Part shown: piece after piece, positions 1 to 12,060 of the stretch
Layout: each line of letters opens with the position of its first letter
Numbering within the stretch: position 1 is the stretch's first letter
Assembly (NCBI GenBank): GCA_951406725.2
Contig: OX597824.1
Coordinates: forward strand, 44,764,001 to 44,828,000
DNA length: 64,000 bases
Direction: 5' to 3'
Source: Octopus vulgaris
Taxonomy: Eukaryota
Notes under the pieces: model-generated
Databases searched by the model: none
What the model saw: only the letters and a program-made list of their open reading frames with translations
Told to the model about the DNA's origin: nothing
Translations under genes and position numbers: made by a program

Positions 1-399
1 TGCAACAACGTAAGTACTTAAATAATTTATATGTACCAGTATTTTCAAAATTATTCAGTTTCTAAGTTTCAGTCGAACAAATCCTGATTGAGTAAAACCA
101 ATGAGCAAAAGCATTCCAGCCAAGACCACCCCATGTTGCTTTTTCCTGTAATATGCATTTAAAACTACACAACTGAATGTAGTCTTAGATTTTGGTTTTC
201 ATAGCTGAGAAGTAGGGTGTGACTGAAGGGAAACTTGGTTCTATTTCTAGCAAGATGAGTAACCACATAGAGGCTCCTTTGTAACAATAAACAGCTCATG
301 TATGTAGGTAAAAGATGTTTCCTCAGTTTTTAACAAAGTGGCACAGAAGCAAGCTAGACATAGAAAGAAGAGCCACTGTCTACAAAACAAAGTATGGTG

Positions 400-534
400 A
401 AGTATGTTTCTCTTTCCTTGAGGAATTACTCATATTGTCTACTCAACCAACTAAATGCAATCCAAAAGAATGCTCTTAGAGTTATTGCAGCTGACAGAGC
501 TGATGCTGCAAAAACATTTGCTAGAAATAGCTTA
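400..534 (+). mobile_element. Possible old LINE RT C-terminal relic, interrupted by the Tc1 and resuming at ~2140
   Basis: Translates as LLNQLNAIQKNALRVI (like LINE 'L..LE.IQ..A.R.I'); VFYKII follows after the Tc1. Very degraded. Confidence 0.3.
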
Positions 535-2139
535 CACTGTGAAATGAGATAAATAGTCCATGATGATTTTTTAGATTTTCTAAATAACTATCTGAGGGAT
601 TTTGAAGAAAATTTACATGATAGTATACAGTACACTATTTTTGGTTTGTATACAAAATTTAGTAATTGCAGCGTTTTTAATTTTCATATTAATCAACAAT
701 TATCTTTTTCAGGTGAACAGAATTAATAGATCTATTATTCATTTCAAAAGATGGGGTGGGGAAAAGCTCTTACAGAATATGAGAGGAACTAGATTATAAA
801 AGAAATAAGTAAAGGCAAGTCTGCAGATGAAGTGGCCAAGAAACTAGGTTAAGTCTGCAGATGAAGTGGCCAAGAAACTAGGCTGTCATGTGAAAACAAT
901 TCATAGATATTTACAAAATCCCAAGTATTGGAATGAGTGCAGTGATAAAGGCAAGTCCTGAACAGTCACAGTGCAAGACATTTCCTATCTCAAGCGATGC
1001 TTACTTAATCCTGGATGTACAAATAAAGCTTTATTTGCAGACGCTGGCATTGAAAATGTCTCCAAAACAACCAGAAATAAAGTAATTGGGAGCTTTGTGA
1101 AAGAGAAGAAACCTGCTTGCAAGCCTCTGTTGACTCCCAAACACAAAAAAGCTTGGTTAGAATGGGATAGAATATATATGAAGACTAATGTCAAGCATAT
1201 TTTGTTCACTGACGAGTGCCAAGCCATGCTAGATGGGCCTGATGGTTGGGCTAAAGGATGGGTGTTTTATGACAACCCCACTCACATACGTTTGTGCACT
1301 CAGCAAGGGAGTGGAGGAGTCATGTTTTGGGCTGGAATCATGGGAGACAGGATGATCAGTCTATTTAAAGTGCCAGAAGGTGTGAAGAATAATACTATCA
1401 CATACTGTAACTCTATTAGGGATTTCCTAACTGACTGGCTGGATGAGCTCCCATTATCTGAGCTTAGCAAGGTTATTTTTATGCATGGTAAGACCCCACT
1501 ACATGTGGCTAAGAGAACCGAAGTGGTCCTTTCCTCATTGGGATTCAAAGGAGAAACCCTAATGAAGTGGCCAGCCTGTTCTCCAGATTTGAATTCCATC
1601 GAGAACCTCTGGAGCATCATCAAAAGTGAGACCTACCAGAATGGCAAGCAGTACACATCTAAGGAAACACTTTGGAAGGCAATACACGACTCTGCTAAGG
1701 CAGTCCTACCATCTACTATCAAAACACTGACTGAATCCACTAACAATCACATTTTTGAGGTCATGAAACAAAATGTTCATACACCAAACACTAATCATAG
1801 AGTCAAAACTTCTGTGAATATGTTATTTATGTATTTTGTTGTTCAATGGTACATTTGTGTCATATGAGTTGTTTAAAATAATTCTTCTTGAAATAGTTGG
1901 TATTTCTATCCTTATCAGTGATCAAAACTACATTCTTATACCAGGACTATTATCGCAGGACACCTGAAAAACAAGTATGCTAAATAATATGAAAACCAAG
2001 ACAGCTACATTTGATAAATTTTGTATACAAACCAAAAATAGTGTACTGTGCTATCATGAAAATTTTCTTCAAAATCCCTCAGGTAGTTATTTACAAAATC
2101 TAAAAAAATCATCATGGACTATGACCTCAGTTCACAGTA
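535..2139 (+). mobile_element. Decayed Tc1/mariner (Tc3-like, DD34E-type) DNA transposon with ~180-bp TIRs and TA flanks
   Basis: TIR cactgtgaaatgag...ttcaggtg (535-715) is inverted at ~1961-2139, with TA on both sides. Transposase relic starts at ATG 751 (MGWGKALTEYER*IIKEISKGKSADEVAKKLG, HTH-like). ORF 971-1867 has FTDE, GGVMFWAGI and WPACSPDLNSIENLW. Inactivated by a stop, a 34-nt tandem duplication (817-882) and loss of the second catalytic Asp (FMHGK instead of FxQDN). Confidence 0.9.
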
Positions 2140-2611
2140 TATATCACTGAGGCTAGCTACTAAAGCAACAGTATTCTATAAAATTATATAAGTTGCAATC
2201 TATTAGACTCAGTAGAATGCTACCACTTCGGTATGATATTTTATGAGAGATAGTATAGTCACATCTGCTCACATCCTCTCAACACACAACGCTATGAGCT
2301 ACGCTTTGGACAATAGCTTTCTGCACCTAGCTATCAAAAGATAGCTCTCATCACAAATTCGGCAAACTTCCAGAAACTGTGATCAGAAGCATCTTTGCTG
2401 ACAGAATATAGGCATTCAGAGGCTGAGTACACAGACACTCATTGTAGCTCTTGATATTGGAAATGCAGTGAACCAGTGGTTAGACTGCTGGAACCCCATT
2501 TAACAAGAAATATCCAGCAATGCTATTGTTCACAAATGCAAGAAGTAAAACAAAATTTTCAAGAGTTACTTATTTCCTGGTACTTGTTTTAAATGTTAAA
2601 TAAAAAATGTC

Positions 2612-2953
2612 AACAATTGCAGCGTGGAAGGTGTTTATAAGCCATTTAAGAAACACACAAAAGCCCGTTCGATTCACTTCAACATTTAAGTTTAATTTGT
2701 CAAAATATTTTCATCGCTAAAATCCGCGACCTGTTCACTGACAAAAATCCGTGCTGCACGGATTTTTGTCAGTGAACAGGTCGCGGATTTTAGCGACGAA
2801 AATATTTTGACAAATTAAACTTAAATGTTGAAGTGAATCGAACGGCTTTTGTGTGTTTCTTAAATGGCTTATAAACACCTTCCACGCTGCAATTGTTTTC
2901 GTTTCAGCACACGATCTCAGATCAAATTACTTGCTATGCGAGTACATCTCCGT
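2612..2953. mobile_element. Palindromic Penelope-like (PLE) derivative with hammerhead motifs and a 13-bp TSD
   Basis: Arms 2612-2754 and 2756-2897 are near-perfect reverse complements around a 1-nt spacer, followed by a 56-nt unique tail. Direct repeat aataaaaaatgtc at 2599-2611 and 2954-2966. Confidence 0.8.
2765..2814 (+). ncRNA. Minimal type I hammerhead ribozyme-like motif with G3:C8 core variant (mirrored on the minus strand in the left arm)
   Basis: tttgtca | GTGAACA | g | gtcgc-ggatttta-gcgac | GAAA | atat | tt | tgacaaa: 7-bp stem I, 5-bp stem II, palindromic stem III. Confidence 0.6.
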
Positions 2954-3218
2954 AATAAAAAATGTCTTTTTACTGAAAACAATCAACCTCTGAAATGTCT
3001 GACAAATAACAGATCATGCTAAAAATTATGTTTACAGAAAACAGTCAGGTGTTCTTTCAGATCATTATGAATTTCTGTGGTTATTAGTTATATCCTTAAA
3101 AAGAAAAACTTACTTTTCAATAAAGACTCTGCAATGAAACTAATACTGCTTAAAATAAACATGCAAATGGGTAAAGATTAACCAAATAGGTAATTGTAAA
3201 TATATTGCATATACTTAC

Positions 3219-3327
3219 CATACTCCTTTACTAATAATATAATTTATTTGTTCCTTATAAAGGATTCTAACAATTTCAGCTTTCACCTTTACACCTTCAG
3301 CTATCGGCTCTACTATGAGAAACATCC
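3219..3327 (-). CDS. EIF1AD: EIF1AD coding exon 3 (gene probably continues beyond the window start)
   Basis: ttttag acceptor and gtaagt donor; (G)MFLIVEPIAEGVKVKAEIVRILYKEQINYIISKGVW resembles EIF1AD GDFLIVDPIEEGEKVKAEI...W. Phase matches exon 2. Confidence 0.88.
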
Positions 3328-4763
3328 CTAAAAAACAAAAAGAGGTTAGAATAATAATTTTATTATTATAATGAACTATAATCTTTGTTCTCTAATTTTT
3401 TTAACAAGTACAGTAACCATGTACAAGATATAATCAAAGTAACCTTATTGTGAAAGCATCTGTCTTATCTATATGCAACACCAGTAATTGCCCACCAGAT
3501 AAGGAAGCAGGGGATTCTGTCAAAGGCTTTCTGCATGTCAACAAAAGCCAGATATCACTATTTTTCTATATCAGTAGCAGTGAAATTTGTCTAAGCATGC
3601 AATTGATAGTGGACACTTGCTATTGATGACATGCAATGATGCAGAAATCATGATTTAGCAATTCCATTAATGCTGCTGATATACTTCTATGCTTTTTAAC
3701 ACGTATTATGAATTATAATATCCTATCATTAATTCCTTTCTACAAAAGTATAGATACCTTATTTTGTATTGAGCATGAATGATATTGATAGATGGATACT
3801 ATCTTTACCTAATATAAAACAAGGCATCTTAATCGTTGGAAAGCCGTGATTAATGGATTAGATGGCCAGCAGAAATAAAATTTGAATAAAAGCCTTCTTT
3901 CAACTGGTTTATGACAAGCACTATACATCTATACAAGCTTTTTCAAGACAAACTCTACAGTTCTGTGCATTTTTGTGGTCTTCAGTAGTATATCTACATT
4001 AAATAAGATATACAGAATGTTATTCTGAACCAAAACTGCTTAATGGATGTTAAATGATTTTGTATGTGTGTGTATACATATCTGTGGATCCAATTGTTAT
4101 CTTAACACTTTTGGCAGGAAATTTATTTTTTCATAAACATATAAGTACACATTTGCCATTTCAGAATACTTGGAAACCAAACATGCACTCTGTGTACACA
4201 CAAATTCTTTGTTAGCATCTTCTCTTCATATTTTCTTTCCTATTCACAATCCAAAAGGGAATGTACTTTTATTTCTTACTCAGTAGTGTCCCACCTCATG
4301 GAAAATGTTGTAGAGACATCTCTACATATTGTTACTAAGTTTCATGTCAAGAAGAACATGCAATCGTTTACTCTAAAGACATTCATTCCTTGAAACTACC
4401 TTTCTGTTTTTGTCCTTTCTAACAACAAAATTTAATTTTTCAAGCATCCAATAGATACCTCCAATCTCATCTTGCTTACTGTTCTAATCTACCAGGATGA
4501 CTGGAAACTATAGTTATTCATCATGTTCATGTTTGAATGTCCACTTTTCCATGCTTGTCTGAGTCAGAATTTGTTGGGACAGATTTTCTATGGTTGGATG
4601 CCTGTCTTCTCACTAACTTTCACCCATTTCCAAGTAAAGTAATATTTTCCTATGGCCAGACAAGTTTTCAAGGAAGACTGGAAATGAAGGACACCAGTGT
4701 ATGACAGTAACATTCATAATGTAACAATAATTGTGATATCAAGACAAGGAGACACAGATTCAC

Positions 4764-5312
4764 ACATACATACATATTTATAAATTTTTATACACATTTA
4801 TATTTAATTACATTTTAGTGTGTAGTCACCAATGTAACTCGAACCAGTATAATGTGTGCGCTGACATTAATGTGAGTGTTCTGTGACAGTGTGTGTAAAG
4901 AAGGACAGAAGGCAATATATATATATTTAACATTAACATTTATTTTTGAAGACTAACAAGTACTCGCAAGAAGCAATGAGAATTATTTTTTTAGTTTGTG
5001 TGTGAATGTTAAACAACTGGTGTAGCGAGACATGAATACATACATACATATTTATAAATTTTTATACACATTTATATTTAATTACATTTTAGTGTGTAGT
5101 CACCAATGTAACTCGAACCAGTATAATGTGTGCGCTGACATTAATGTGAGTGTTCTGTGACAGTGTGTGTAAAGAAGGACAGAAGGCAATATATATATAT
5201 TTAACATTAACATTTATTTTTTGAAGACTAACAAGTACTCGCAAGAAGCAATGAGAATTATTTTTTTAGTTTGTGTGTGAATGTTAAACAACTGGTGTAG
5301 CGAGACATGAAT
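4764..5312. repeat. Tandem duplication of a ~274-bp unit
   Basis: 4764-5037 and 5038-5312 differ by only one T in a homopolymer, by eye. Confidence 0.9.
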
Positions 5313-6047
5313 GAATTTCATATGACCTATGAAGAATTTCATTTGGATGGCTTATATGCCATAGAACGAAAATAGATATAAATGAAATGAGCTGCACGGC
5401 ATTGGTAGTGAATACTGTAATAGTTGCATAGCAGAAAGGGTAATGTTGCTATTAGGGTCGTCAAATCCGTAATTGATTTAGCTATTTGAAAAAGGCACAT
5501 ATACTGCTGAGCTGAAGTTGTCACATGTATCCTTCTGCAGCCAGCTCTAATTGGATGAAGTGGCCAAAGCATGACTGTGCTATGCCACTACAACAAAATA
5601 GCTCTTTTCTATCTTGCTACACTACACCCCTGCAGATTGAAAGTCGATACAAACAAGCAGAAGGAATGAAAAATGCTAAGCAAAATATACATTTCAGGAC
5701 CAGCAAAGTGAAAATGTTCAGAATTGCGAAAAGTATTTGAGCTGGTGAATGTGATGCAAGGCTGAGAAAAATTGTGCATATCAAAAGAGAGATTTCAGGG
5801 AATATGTACAGGACAGGATCTATTTAAGTAAGTTCGAATAGTGGTGTTGTTTTGCATGTGCAGTCGTTGCATGACTGAGTCAGTGTGAGTGAGTGGCAGC
5901 TGCAGAATCCATGATATATGTTATATTTTTCATACAGGATCACATTCAGTGTGAAATGCCTTGAACATAGTGCAGAGGCGAAACAGGGAGAGAAAATAAA
6001 GAATGTGTAGTGGCTAGTGATCATTATATATATATATGTCGTCTGCT

Positions 6048-6319
6048 AGCCTTGTCTGGCACCTGTGTCGGTGGCACATAAAAACACCATCCGAGCGTGG
6101 CCGTTTGCCAGCCTCGTCTGGCACCTGTGTCGGTGGCACATAAAATCACCCACTACACTCTCGGAGTGGTTGGCGTTAGGAAGGGCATCTAGCTGTAGAA
6201 ACACTGCCAGATCTGACTGGCCTGGTGCAGCCTTCGGGCTCCCCAGACCCCAGTTGAACCGTCCAACCCATGCTAGCATGGAAAGCGGACGTTAAATGAT
6301 GATGATGATGATGATGATG
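6048..6319 (+). mobile_element. RTE-LINE 3'-tail element (truncated LINE or derived SINE) ending in (ATG)n
   Basis: Matches the tail of the long RTE at 60180-60615 (ggcgttaggaagggcatc...gcatggaaagcggacgttaaatgatgatg). Relatives at ~8700-8880, 26415-26605, 27610-27830, 39608-39955 and 52150-52525. Confidence 0.8.
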
Positions 6320-6803
6320 TACATACGCACACACTAAATAGGCTTCTTTCAATTCCCAGCTATCAAATCCACTCACAAGGATTTTGTAGGTGGGAACTGT
6401 AAAAGACAGTTGCCCATGGTGCCATGTAATAGAGCTGATCCCAGAATCATATAGTAGGGAACCACCTATTGTATAATGAAAATATATTTTAAAACAAAAA
6501 TATCTACTGCAACTCATTTTGTTTTTGTATTGAGTTGCAAGATTCTTGATGTGAATTTGTGTGTTGAAACAAATATTATGTCTGAATAATTATGCTAGAA
6601 ATCCTTGGAGTGAGTTGGGAGTCATGGGTCACTAAAAAGGTTGCAAACAGCAATGAAAGAACTTTGACAGACAAACAACCAGCTGACTGTTTAACGAACA
6701 TGTTAAACAATCAATTAGTTAATTGATTAGTTATATGTAACCAATTAACTAATAATAAAGAAGTGACATTGAACTTGTGGTGGTGTCATTTTTATTGGCA
6801 TAA

Positions 6804-7185
6804 CTAGCAGTATCGCCCGGCGTTGCTCAGGTTTGTAAGGGAAATAACTATAAAGCATTTTTAGAGAGTTATAGCCAAAAAATAGCAAAAAAATGGAAAA
6901 TAAATGATGGTAAATTTTTTTGAGAGTTAAAAAAGGTGGAGTTGCGTCCCCTAGACGGTCTGTGGTTTGGGTTTCTGATTCTCGACCCCAAGTCGAATTT
7001 ATCGATTTTTTCAGAACTGGGGGAACTTTTCAAAATTTTCGCTGCGTTAGTTTTGAATTATGACATTGGGCTATGTGTGTGTCAAGTTTCATCAGAATCG
7101 GTTGAAAGCCGTGGTCAGGGTGAGGGTACGAGAAAACAGACACACAGAAAACGCACAGACAAACTGCCGTTTATATAGAGAGAGA
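6804..7185 (-). mobile_element. Non-autonomous Helitron
   Basis: Minus strand starts TC(tctctctatataaacggc...) and ends with a subterminal hairpin (cctgagcaacgccggg) plus CTAG. Inserted between A and T with no TSD. A remnant of the same end is at ~16382. Confidence 0.8.
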
Positions 7186-8008
7186 TGACTTGCCTAAGAC
7201 ACAACAACCTCTACTGCAACATTTTCCAAGTAAAGCCTTAGTTTCTTAGTTTAAGGCACTACAATATGGAGTTATCACTAATGAGCACCTAATTATATTT
7301 TTTTTAAAGCCTTTTATTCTCAGCCTACAAATGTATCTTATAGGTGAGAGTTCTTTTCATTAATCTGTCTAAAGTTTATTATTGCCTACAGCCTAAGTGA
7401 CAATAATGTTTTTTTTTCTTTTTCTTCACTGACAAAGAGCAATGCTCAAAACAGTAGATTCTACAGTCTTCACAGAAATTGAACTTACAGACCAATTGTT
7501 GTCAATGGAGACGATGTGCAATTTCATTGGATTCTAGATGTTATTTTGTTTAAAAATATGTCATAATAAGTTTCTGATTCCTAATTTGAGATTAATTTTC
7601 ATTATGAAACTGTAAATCAGAAATATTCCCCTTGATAAAATGGAGTCCAAATTTTGCTACAAGTACTGCAGGGTATAGTGGGACAAGCTTCATTATTGAA
7701 TTTGCCTCATATAGCACTGCTGAGACTTAATATTAGTCCTATTACATTATTGATTAGTTAGAACCAGTAGTACATTTAGCCATAAAACCTCCCATCCCAA
7801 CAAATAATATGCAAATACCAGATTTTTTCCAGAATCATCCAATCCATGCTAATGCAAAAAAATGTATTTAAAAATTATGAAATGGAATTAGTAGTTTTAC
7901 TGCAAATAAAAAAGCCAAGGAAAAAAATGCATCTAAGACTTTAAAAGTCACAAAACATACAATTAATAAGTTTATATTGCAAAATTTAACTGAGCATTTA
8001 AATCAAAC

Positions 8009-8117
8009 CTTTTAAGATGTAAAAATGGTTTCGAAACTTTGGTGGCATGCTGACAAGAAGTTCTTCTCCCTTTTCATTCCAAACTTCATGCAAGTTGTTA
8101 CCACGACAGTGTTTCAC
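8009..8117 (-). CDS. EIF1AD: EIF1AD coding exon 2
   Basis: ttttcag acceptor and gtttga donor; VKHCRGNNLHEVWNEKGEELLVSMPPKFRNHFYILK carries the EIF1AD signature GNNLHEV...LVSMPxKFR. Confidence 0.92.
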
Positions 8118-8321
8118 CTGAAAAGCAGATATTAAATTGACTAATAAGATTTTTCATGCAAATGACAGTAGATCTTATGACAGTCTGAGAAAGGAAAGAA
8201 AAACAAGCCCATTTATGGAATTCAAACCACACATGTGCAGTTAATCAAGTTACAAATTAATGATTACACTACAGAAAGCATGAAATCCCTTTTCTTAAGT
8301 TAGATAATATCTATAGCAGTA

Positions 8322-8367
8322 TCTGTGTACCAACGGTTTCTAGGTTATTTCTCCTCATCAGCACAGA
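8322..8367 (-). ncRNA. Minimal type I hammerhead ribozyme motif (stem II damaged)
   Basis: Minus strand: tctgtg | CTGATGA | ggagaaataaccta | GAAA | ccgttgg | TA | cacaga. Perfect 6-bp stem I, short stem III, GUA triplet. Confidence 0.6.
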
Positions 8368-9110
8368 ATAATTGTTTGGGTAGAAATTGTGACACTAAGC
8401 TCTTGTTTTTCATAAATTGAAAAATTATTTCTCTGAACAAGAAACATTCAGAAACAGTACTCTAGAGTAAAGATTATATGCCAACATAATGTGGCAGTCC
8501 TAGTTAGGACGAATGTTACAGTTATTTAGCCCCAGGAAACATCGTCTCCGGCTGGCTATTGATGCACTATCTGCATCCTTATATTTTTGAACAAGGGAGT
8601 TCAGTATCCCCACTCAGCTAGAGATGGTGACACTAAACACTTGTTTGAAATATTATATTTATTTTATAGTGTACGTGTGTGTTTGCAAGTTACTTGGTAA
8701 CCATGTCAGTGCTGGTGTCATGTAAAAAGTACTGGTGTTGATGCAATGTTAAAACCACCAAGCCACAGAAACCGTGCCAAAACAGACAAAGGAGCCTGTT
8801 GCAACCCTTGGCCTTACTAGTTCCTGTTAAACCACCCAACCATGCCAGCAAAGAAAATGGATGTCAAATGATGATCAGATACTACAAAAAATTTAAAGAG
8901 TGAGTTATTTTTCACTTTCAAACAATAATGAAATTCTTTAATGACAAAAATGATAAACAGCAAAGTGAATTACATAGAAATTTATTACTTAACCAAGTGA
9001 AATTAGAAAACTACTACATTTACTATATCAACTATAAGACAAAATATAGTATACAAAACAGTAGCAAAGTAAAGAAAACCTAAAGTTCACTTTAAATAAA
9101 TGAAGAAATA

Positions 9111-9432
9111 GGCATAGGAGCAGCTATGTGGTAAGTAACTTGCTTACGAACCACATGGTTCCAGGTTCAGTCCCACTGCATGACACCTTGGGCAAGTGTC
9201 TTATATGTATGTGTGTGTGTGTGTGTATATGTTTGTGTGTCTGCGTTTGTCCCCTAACATAGCTTGACAACCGATGCTGGTGTGTTTACGTCCCCATAAC
9301 TTGCGGTTTGGCAAAAGAGACCGATAGAATAAGTACTAGGCTTACAAAGAATAAGCCCTGGGATTGATTTGCTTGACTAAAGGCAGTGCTCCAGCATGGC
9401 CACAGTCAAATTACTGAAACAAGTAAAAGAGT
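9111..9432 (+). mobile_element. Abundant tRNA-like-headed SINE with internal (TG)n
   Basis: Homologous copies at ~30009-30330, 30700-30945(-), 36440-37160(-, split), 38240-38608, 50055-50280(-), 53590-53955(-), 55385-55520 and 62090-62260. Shared ends ...ccacagtcaaatgactgaaacaagtaaaag. Confidence 0.8.
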
Positions 9433-10341
9433 ACATTTTAAAGATAAGGATAGCAATACTAAAATAAAATGAACTATTTTAAAACAACATAAAGGATGCT
9501 TATACTCTATATTTATTTCATCATTAATATAGAATGAATTTATAATTCTGACCAGTAACCATTTCTTTTCTAATTATAAACACTCTAAAGAAAAATAATT
9601 GATGTGATGTTTGCCAAATGTATATAAAAGTGATTTGGACCAAGCTGGTTTTCCATTATTTTGAGACAGATGAAATATTTGGTATGAAAATTATTATGCT
9701 GAAGTAAAATCAAATAATTGATGCTGATCTTGTAAAGAATGTTACAATTCTAACACTGCTGCTTGGTTTTACAATGTAAAATACAATTACAATGTCATTA
9801 TGTACATTCATATTGCAATTAAGCCAAAAGTAAATAACTTGATCTATCTTTCATAAAGCTATATACTATTCAGAGAAAAGAATGCTGTTTCATGAATGCA
9901 ATTAACAGACAATTCTCTGATCTTAGCAGAGCTTATTGTAAACAGTGCTCAGGTGTACTACAATATGGCCAGTCATTTGAATAAACCTCAAAAATTATTC
10001 AACATCCTATATCACAACAAAACAAACTAATGACTATTCACATCAAACTAATGACAACTCAAACTGGAGTTAAGTAACAATAAGCAGACTAATATCATTC
10101 TACATAATACCAAGCCTACCTTAGTCTCTGAAATTACTGATTTATGAAATTTACAAAAATTGTCAATTTTACAAGTTATGAACTTCTCTTTCAATTGACA
10201 GAAATTTTTCCTGTAGTCACTGAATGTTGCATTAGAATCAGCTGCAAGACAAATATTAATAAGAAACATTTTAAACTGTGGTGAGACCTTAAAAAAACCT
10301 GAAGTTCATGTCATATCAAACAAGGGTAAGCAACACACCAG

Positions 10342-11607
10342 TTTCAAATATTTATTGCTGTTTCATTTTTTACCCATATTTTTAGATAACATTAGATTGA
10401 AAATAAGTTTGAAAAGAATAAGGGAAAATGCAAAGGTTATAGAAGTTAGTGGTAACAAAGTCTGTGTAGAGATAAAGAATGATACAAAATTCATCTAATT
10501 AAAAATGTTAGAGCTTGTGTATGTGTGTGAAACAAGTAAAAATATAATATTAAAACAAAATATCATTTTCATACCTCTTAAAATCACTGGATATAATATA
10601 TATAATAATCCTAGATTGCAGAATGGATTTGAAAGACAAATTCACTTTCCCTTTGCAATTTTTGGCACCAAAATCAGGGTATCTCATTTTTGTGTGGAGA
10701 GAGAGTGTGTGAGTGATGAAGTTTACCAAAACTTTCAATGGTATAGCAATATATATATATATCATCGTTTAACATCAGCTTGGACGGTTTGACTGAGGAC
10801 TGGCAAGCCAGGAGGCCGCACCAGGCTCCAATCTGTTCTGGCAAGGTTTCTACAGCTGGATTCCCTTCCTAACATCAACCACTCCATATATAACATACGG
10901 CCAATGCCAGTGCCATGTAAAAAGCACCATTCGAGTGTGGTTGATGCCAGTGCCAGTGGAACTTAAAAAGCACCCACTGCACTCTCAGAGTGATCGACAT
11001 TAGGAAGGGCATCCAGCAGTAGAAACTTTACCAGAACAGATTGGAGCATGGTGCAGCCTCCTGGCTTGCCGGTCCTCAGTCAAACCGTCGAACACAAGCC
11101 AGCATGGAAAGCAGACGTTAAATGATGATGATGTATATAATATATTGCTATACCATTGAACATTTAGTTAAACTTCATCACTCACACACTGTCTCTCTCT
11201 CCCCACAGAAAAATGAAATGCATTAGTTACCTGATTTTGGCGCCAAAAATTGCAAAAGGAAAGTGGATTTGTCTTTTAAATCTATTCTGCAATCTGGGAT
11301 TATTATATATTATGTCCAGTAATTTTAAGAGGAATGAAAAAGATATTTTGTTTTACTATTATACTGTTACTTGTTTTACACAAACACAAACTCTAATGTT
11401 TTTAATTAAATGAATTTTGTATCATTCTTTATCTCTCCACAGACTTTGTTACCACTAACTTCTATAACCTCTGCATTTTCACATATTCTTTTCAAGCTTA
11501 TTTGAATTTTCACTCTAATGTAATCCACACTCTCTCGAAAACATATTTCTACAAAATGTTATCTAAAAATATGGGTATAGAAAGAAACAGCAAAAAAATG
11601 TTTGAAA
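10342..11607. repeat. Large diverged inverted duplication (foldback) that includes two opposed RTE-tail copies
   Basis: Arms ~10342-10884 and ~10988-11607 are reverse complements (e.g. tttttggcaccaaaatcagggt / acctgattttggcgccaaaaa); spacer ~100 bp. Confidence 0.85.
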
Positions 11608-12060
11608 ATGTGGTGGGGGGGTCAAATTTCAGAGGGTTCCACCCCAACCTGTTTTCAGAACCAAAAAAAGTAGTTTTGTGACATAGTAAGTCACTGTAAT
11701 TCGTTCAACGAAAAAAAAAAAAAATTCCTATGATTCCGGGATGTGGGGGGTCCGCCCCCACCCCGTTTTTTTTTCTGAACAAAAATACGGGATTCGCGGC
11801 ATATTAGGAGGTCAGGGTACTTGATTCCACGCAAAAAATCCGATTTTTTTTTTTTTTTCTTAGTGAAAATCGTATCGAAATTTACCAAAGGTAAATGTGC
11901 TTGCTGCCATAAGATGTGTTGCAATCAGGCCTTAGGCGTATATACGGAAATATTTCTAGGACTTGTTCAATGGGTGTTTGGGTATTTCGGATATTTGGAT
12001 AAGCTGTGTATTGTTACTCATTAAAACCAAGATCATTTGAAGTTTTCGAGAAAATAATTT

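Noticed and set aside
971-1867. 298-aa transposase ORF as an active or domesticated gene
   Set aside because: N-terminus broken by a stop and a frameshifting duplication; second catalytic Asp lost.
1-3218. EIF1AD exon 4
   Set aside because: No acceptor followed by the expected G-CCN (W-P) continuation was seen; it probably lies outside the window.
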